Shown here one piece after another: positions 57,580 to 64,000 of a stretch of DNA of 64,000 nt. How positions within the stretch are numbered: the stretch's first letter is position 1; each line of letters begins with the position of its first letter. Both the position numbers and the translations under genes were made by a program. The notes below the pieces were generated by a model that was not told the DNA's origin, made no database searches, and saw only the letters and a list, made by a program, of their open reading frames with translations. The stretch is taken from the NCBI RefSeq assembly GCF_009914755.1, contig NC_060929.1; one strand, written 5' to 3'. Origin of the DNA: the human T2T-CHM13v2.0 reference genome, Homo sapiens.

Positions 57580-58984
57580 GTAAGTATGTCATCTGGTCTT
57601 GTACAGTATATTTTTAAAATGTCTGAGAGTTCTAGCTATGTAGTGAAATGTAGACTTCTCTATAATACATATCATTTAAAAATTTGTGCGGTATTAAGAT
57701 GTTTTAATTAAATCACATCAGTGTACTAGCATGTAACACTGTGACTTCAGGAAAGTAAGTGGATAATTATAAGATAATTATACTCCTAATACTCTGCCCT
57801 CAAACTCGGGCAAGAGCTTGGGTACATGTAGGTATGTCGGGATATTTTAAGGCAAAGGTTAAATCTGGTACCATTTTCCTAGACTGTCAATTTTAATTGA
57901 TGGTAGCAATTTCAAAACATTATTTGAGTATTAAAAACAGAAATGTTCTTTAAAATGGAACTTTTCCATAAATATTTTATATAATGCAAAATCCCAAAAC
58001 CACTTTGGAAGATGCCAGGCTCCCGGAGAGTATGGGTTTATGTTTTTGGTCATTAAGGGAGGCTTTGGTGGAAATAGTTTGATGAGCAAGGATCGGGGTT
58101 TGTTAGGAAAATCTAACACATCCCTGGGCTATAGTCCAGCATTTGGAAAAGCACACACTGTTGAATTATTGAGACCTTTCCACTGCCAAAGACTTGGAGA
58201 GAGGTTTAAAACTTATCATTGTAAGTAGAAATTAATAATCTGAGATTGACAACGCACATTATGTGTGCAGCTTGCATGTAGTGGTTTCAAGGATTGCACT
58301 GCCCTAGAGACCCTTGCAGGCTTATAATGAGTATTACCCTGGGTCCTTTATTTTCTCTGGGGAGGGAATAGGGGAACCCTCCTGTCCCAGGGCCCACTAA
58401 GCTGCTATGCAGCTTTCTCCCCGCCCCCCACCAACCCCCAGAGTTATCGCTACTGCTCTGTAGGAAGACAGTACTCAAAAAGTACATTTTTGCATTTCCA
58501 TTTTGATTCTTGATTCTTTCGATCATCATTTATTCATGTAGTCAAATATTCGTTCATTCACTCAATAAATAGTGTGTGTCTGGCAAAGAGTAAACAAGAG
58601 ATCCTTTAATTCACAAATGTTATTATTTGCTTAAAAAATCACCATCCCTTTGGGTTATTTTTCTATGCCAGTACCTTTCTGTATTATCTGAATTCTTTCT
58701 CAGACAAGCACTCCTTATTTGTATAGGGAAAGAAAACAATAAAATGTATTTCCACCTAGGAGAAAAAAAGAACATATTGGAATATCTTATACAAAATCAT
58801 ATAAACATTTTTAGTCATGAAAAAGACTTTGGTATAAGGTATACTATACCCTAGACCTTGATTATTTTTGGATTTAAAAATAGCTACAAACTCTGACTCT
58901 GGAATCAGCTCTCTGCCAAAAATTGCTTTCTTTATTCTGGGTCATGTGTAAGCTATTTTAATAGAAGGGAACGTAGACGACTGA

Positions 58985-59180
58985 GCGTCAGCCTAGGAAG
59001 TTAAGAAGCCAAAATTGTATAACTGGCTCATCAATGAATGTGACCTGTGACCTTGGGCAAGTTGCTTAATTGCTTGGCGCTTCGCTGTCAAGGTGGAAGT
59101 AGTAATGCTGCACCCTGTTTCGGTGTGTACTTCATAGGGAAGCTCTCAGGTTTTATTGTGTCAAATTCTTTAAAACTTTC
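58985..59180 (+). mobile_element. MIR
   Basis: tgtgaccttgggcaagttgcttaa. Confidence 0.65.
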
Positions 59181-59452
59181 TGAATAAATACAACATTATA
59201 CTGTGCTGTTTTCTAGAATGTACTGTCCTATACGTAGCCCTAAATTGTCACGGAGAGATTGCTCTTTGTTCTGTGAAATGGTTGTTGGTTAAATCCCTTT
59301 AAATACTTTTTAGAGAAGGCTTCGTCTTAGGTAAATTGTGTCCAATTTTTTAATGTAAAGGTCTATACCTAAGTCTGGACTCTCAGATATGAGCATTAGT
59401 AGTGGCCCTCACAAGCTTTGCTTTCATATTGGTTATTGGTTAAAATGGTCAT

Positions 59453-59912
59453 TGTGAAAGAGAAACTTTACAGGACACTTGTAAAGGTGGCAAGACAGAT
59501 TTATTCAGAGCACTGCAGTGGGGGAGAGAGACTGCAGCATAAACTGAGCTCAACTTCAACTAAGACAAAGGTGATCCAGGTTTTTAAAGGCAGAGGAGAG
59601 GAAGCAAAAGGCGCTACAAGTAAGTGAAAAGGCAAGGAAAAGAAGATGGGACTAGAGGAGTTATGTAAAAATGGAAAGTTACAGAAGGGGATAAGTGGAG
59701 AATTACCAAAAATGGTTTGGCAAAGTGGGTTGGTACAATATACATTTTGTGGTTTGGGAGCATCACGTTTTCTTGAGCAGAAACTCAACAGGGGGCTGGA
59801 GAGTGGTCATCTTTAGGGACATAGGCTAGTGTAAATGGAAGCCAGGCTAAAATCGGGACAAGTCTTTTAACACAGTGTTTGGGCAAGTCATTTTGGTGGC
59901 ATGAAAGTTCAC
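59453..59912 (-). mobile_element. ERV1-type solo LTR (MER31/MER67-like)
   Basis: tgtga...caca termini; ggggagagagactgcagcataaactgagctcaact. Confidence 0.6.
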
Positions 59913-60086
59913 AATTCCCATCATCTTGGGAGAAAAGACTAGGGCAATTGTTGTTGTTCCCATGTTAAGTCCATAAATTTTTAAGTCTTACTAGATTAGG
60001 CATATCGTTTGGTCTGATTTTCCTTTTGTGAAAACGGAAAAATGAATTTTTATGAAAAATCAAGAAGTATAATGACTTTTTTTCAG

Positions 60087-60154
60087 GCACCATATCTGGA
60101 AATCAAGAAGCAAATGGATAAACAGGACCCCCTTGCTCATCCCTTACTGCAATG
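60087..60154 (+). CDS. PARP8: PARP8 coding exon (APYLEIKKQMDKQDPLAHPLLQW)
   Basis: tttttttcag acceptor, gtataa donor, 68 nt. Confidence 0.95.
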
Positions 60155-61933
60155 GTATAAAATTCTAGTTTTCCTCTTAATGAAAACAGCATCCTTTTCT
60201 ACTGCTTGATTTAAGGAAAAAAACCAAACAAACAAAAGTAAACCTGTCTTACAAGCCCTGCAATGCTATAGTTCTACAAGCTTATGAGACCTGGTGATTT
60301 TACAACCTTAGAGTCCTTAATGACTCTCACTTTAATTAAAACTTATACATCACAAGGGGAAGAGAATGCTGTCACATGCACTACCAGGGATAAATAGTGC
60401 ATTTGACAGCAGTTTGCCTATAGTTTTAAAAGATGTGATTAACTAGCTTATGTGGCAAAAGCATTTTGGTTCATTTAATTTTCTAGTTCAGTGAGGACTA
60501 AGTGATCAAACTCAGTGTTTCAACCTTTATTATTGAAATCTTTCTAATCTAAAATAAATGTTTTATATTTTGCTCCCTTAACAAGGCAGTATAAATATGA
60601 TTAACTCTTAACTCTCTGCTTGCTCAGTGCAGAAGATGCACAGTTTCAGAGTGAGCCTGGTGAGGGATGTAGTGTTACCCCAGCATGAATTCTAGAAGGA
60701 GGGCTAGACTGTGAAGAGGAGAGAAGTCACCTTGCTGTGATGCCCATTTCAAATAATTTGCCCTCTTCTACTTCTAATAATTTCCTCTCTTGTTTCTCAT
60801 TTGCAAAATGAAGACACTAGTTTCTACTCAACATCCCTTATAAGGGTTTTATACACATGTCTCTTTGAATTAACTTTGAAAACTCCAACTCCGTGAGATT
60901 TACCATACAGTAATACAAATGTAAGGCTTATAAGAGATTGATATGAATGAGCACTTATACCATGCTATGACCAGGAAGTTTTAAAAAAATATGTAAAGGT
61001 GGGCAGATGCAAAAGAATCTGGCTTCCTCAAGATTCTGATTACTTAACTTTCACTTCATTAAAATTTTATAGTACACATTTAATTTAGTCTAACAAGATT
61101 ATAACAAAAATTAGGTATAGAAGCCTTCCTTCTTTGTATCTGTTATGATCTGTTACTAAATTCTGAAACAATTAAGTAAAATAACACTAAATTTCCATTG
61201 TAACCTTTAAATTTTTCTCATTGTTATATTCAGATTGAAGGTAAAAATTGCATATATCTAGTTGCTTTCTTTTTTTCCTTGTAGTCAGATGGTTAACTTT
61301 TAATTCTTGTGATCATTTCCTTCAGCTTGTTAGTCACTCTTCTTTCAAGATGAAGAGAGTCTACCAAAACTTATTATTTTGTGTGCTTATAGAGCAGTTC
61401 CTTTCAGATACTTCAATTTAATTTTTTTCAACTGCAGAGTCTACGTATGTTGGATTTTGTATGTAAACCATTGTATATATATCAGCTCAAAGAGATCCTC
61501 AAATATTTAAAGAAAAAAAATCTTCATAAGAACTTATCCTTAATTTAAGCAATGTAAGAGAGGAATAAAAGAAGCAGATCCATGACTCACTGCTCTTATT
61601 TGTATTTGGATTATCATTATTTGAAAGTACATTCAGAAATGTTCAAATGTTCATTTTGCTGATACTTGAGGTTATGCTTATTAAAAACTATGTCTTAAGT
61701 TTTAGGGAACAACTTCCTAGTGTGTTTTCTCAGATTAAAATATTACCTTTTTTGTTACATAAGCTCTTTAAATTGTTTCAGGAAACAAACCTAAATTATG
61801 CGACTAAATGAAATTATTTCCAAGTTTAGTTTATGGCACAGCAAAAATAAGTTTTAATCGGTTGCCAACTAAGAAAAAGAACTTTAAATATATTTGGCAT
61901 GTATTTGTGACTAATGGATCATTTTAATTTCAG

Positions 61934-61982
61934 GGTTATATCAAGTAATAGATCACATATTGTGAAACTGCCAGTTAACAGG
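61934..61982 (+). CDS. PARP8: PARP8 coding exon (VISSNRSHIVKLPVNR)
   Basis: tttcag acceptor, gtaagt donor, 49 nt. Confidence 0.95.
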
Positions 61983-63122
61983 GTAAGTTGTTTTTTTTTT
62001 TTTTACATATGCATACAGAAATGGGAGGAGTACTTATCAGTTGGGAGAACCTACCTTGTAATTTTTAGCCAGACTCTCCAAGAATTGAAGTAAACCCAGG
62101 TTAAATATAATTCTTTAGTTTGAAATAGCCATTGCTCACTAGCTCCAAACCTTTCCAAGATAACAAATTCAAATTCAGTCTGCTGTCCTGACTTTTTAAG
62201 TGAATAAAAACATCAATATGAAATCATTTAGTTATTCCACAAGCAATTGAAAAATATTATATGGAGATTAACCAGAAGGAAGTTAATGTGCTTTATAATC
62301 GTTGTCAGTTTCATGTTGGCACATTTCCACTTTTCTACAGCTGAGAAGCTATTGACCTCAGACAACTTATTTATCAGCCTAGTAAGCTTAAAAAATAATA
62401 ATTTGTAAAAAGCTAATAGACTCTGGATTTCAGTTCTGATCATCACCTAAGATCTGTACCTAAAAATCTCATTTTTGCCATCTGTGAATCTCTAAATGTG
62501 AGATTCCTATGCATTATATTCCTGCATAACTATATTCCTAAGAGAAAGGGAAACACTTAGAAGATGTTTTCAAGCTATTAATCCAAAAGATTCTGCTTTC
62601 ATTTCTTTCCATGACCAAGGAGGAGACTATATTTGAATGTAGGCAAAAATTCTCAATTTTATAAATATATGCAAATAAAGCATAATAATAATTTTTGCAG
62701 TTTTATAAACTTTTCTTTTCTGCTTAGCAAACTCCAGAATATTTCCCCAATTGAATAGCTAGTATATACTTAGGGACTCAATAATAAAAATGTTAAAAGA
62801 AATGTAATTAAGAAGGCAGATCTGCTTAAACATGATTGCATACTGTATTCCAAAGCTAAATATAAATGGCTTTGGATTGTCTGTTTCCTATTCCTTTCCC
62901 ATTTGCCCAAAGAATTGTTCTTCATATTTGCAATTCCATGTGACTTATCACTTGCGTAGAGTTTTAAAAACATTATACAAATTAGCTTGCTAATGTGGTT
63001 AGTGGAAAATTACTATAGTTTGAAAGTGGGTAATTCTTAAACCAATAAAATTTGAAATTGTCATCAGCCTGAATATATGTTAAGTTTTACATGTTTTTGT
63101 TTGTCTTTATCTTAAATGGCAG

Positions 63123-63235
63123 CAATTGAAGTTTATGCATACTCCACATCAGTTCCTTCTTCTCAGCAGTCCACCAGCCAAAGAATCCAATTTTAGAGCT
63201 GCTAAAAAACTCTTTGGAAGCACCTTTGCATTTCA
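63123..63235 (+). CDS. PARP8: PARP8 coding exon, start of catalytic domain (QLKFMHTPHQFLLLSSPPAKE...STFAFH)
   Basis: ggcag acceptor, gtgagt donor, 113 nt. Confidence 0.95.
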
Positions 63236-63490
63236 GTGAGTAAGGCTTAATGTTAATGGGGGTGTGCTCCCATTAACATTTTCCAGAAATGTATGGGGAA
63301 GATATCACTGTCTTTCAGTAAATGATCATTCAGTAGATGGTCATTCAACAGATGGTCATGTAGTCAACTACATAATACTTGATTTGGCAATCCAGAACCT
63401 TCAGAAGGCACCATGACTTATTATGTTTTGACCACTTTGAAGATAATTAATTTTCTGGTTTTGCTTTTTCCTTTCCGTCTGTTTTTTTAG

Positions 63491-63563
63491 TGGCTCACAC
63501 ATTGAAAACTGGCACTCCATCCTGAGGAATGGTCTGGTTGTTGCTTCTAATACACGATTGCAG
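63491..63563 (+). CDS. PARP8: PARP8 coding exon, catalytic domain (GSHIENWHSILRNGLVVASNTRLQ)
   Basis: gtttttttag acceptor, gtagat donor, 73 nt; completes the PARP F-H-G-S motif, whose His codon CA|T is split by the intron. Confidence 0.95.
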
Positions 63564-63703
63564 GTAGATTTTCTGAATGCTTTCACAAGACTTCATTCTT
63601 CTTCAGAATTGAGATTCAGTAAGCAACCCTGTTGTTAGGTTTAACTTGCAAAAGAGGAAGCATGTGAGTAAGACATTATATGGAATTTCTAGTAGGCATA
63701 CTA

Positions 63704-64000
<297 letters not shown>

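Overview
Human (or other hominoid) genomic DNA lying entirely inside the PARP8 (ARTD16) gene on the + strand. Fourteen internal GT-AG coding exons (13249-63563, 1645 nt) splice in frame, running from EYGAIDDVDIDLH to the start of the ADP-ribosyltransferase domain (FAFHGSHIENWHSILRNGL). The introns are mostly transposon-derived: Alus, an antisense SVA, three L1s, L2, MIRs, MaLR/ERV LTRs, MER58C and a piggyBac MER75. The most notable observations are: a ~420-bp ancient direct repeat flanking an old L1 exactly like a giant target-site duplication; a six-unit 22-aa repeat array (A-B-A-B-C-C) in the largest exon; several strong intronic hairpins near exons; and a perfect 60-bp tandem duplication. 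I found no convincing new multi-component system. Gene and repeat-subfamily names come from recall of known sequences, not from database searches.
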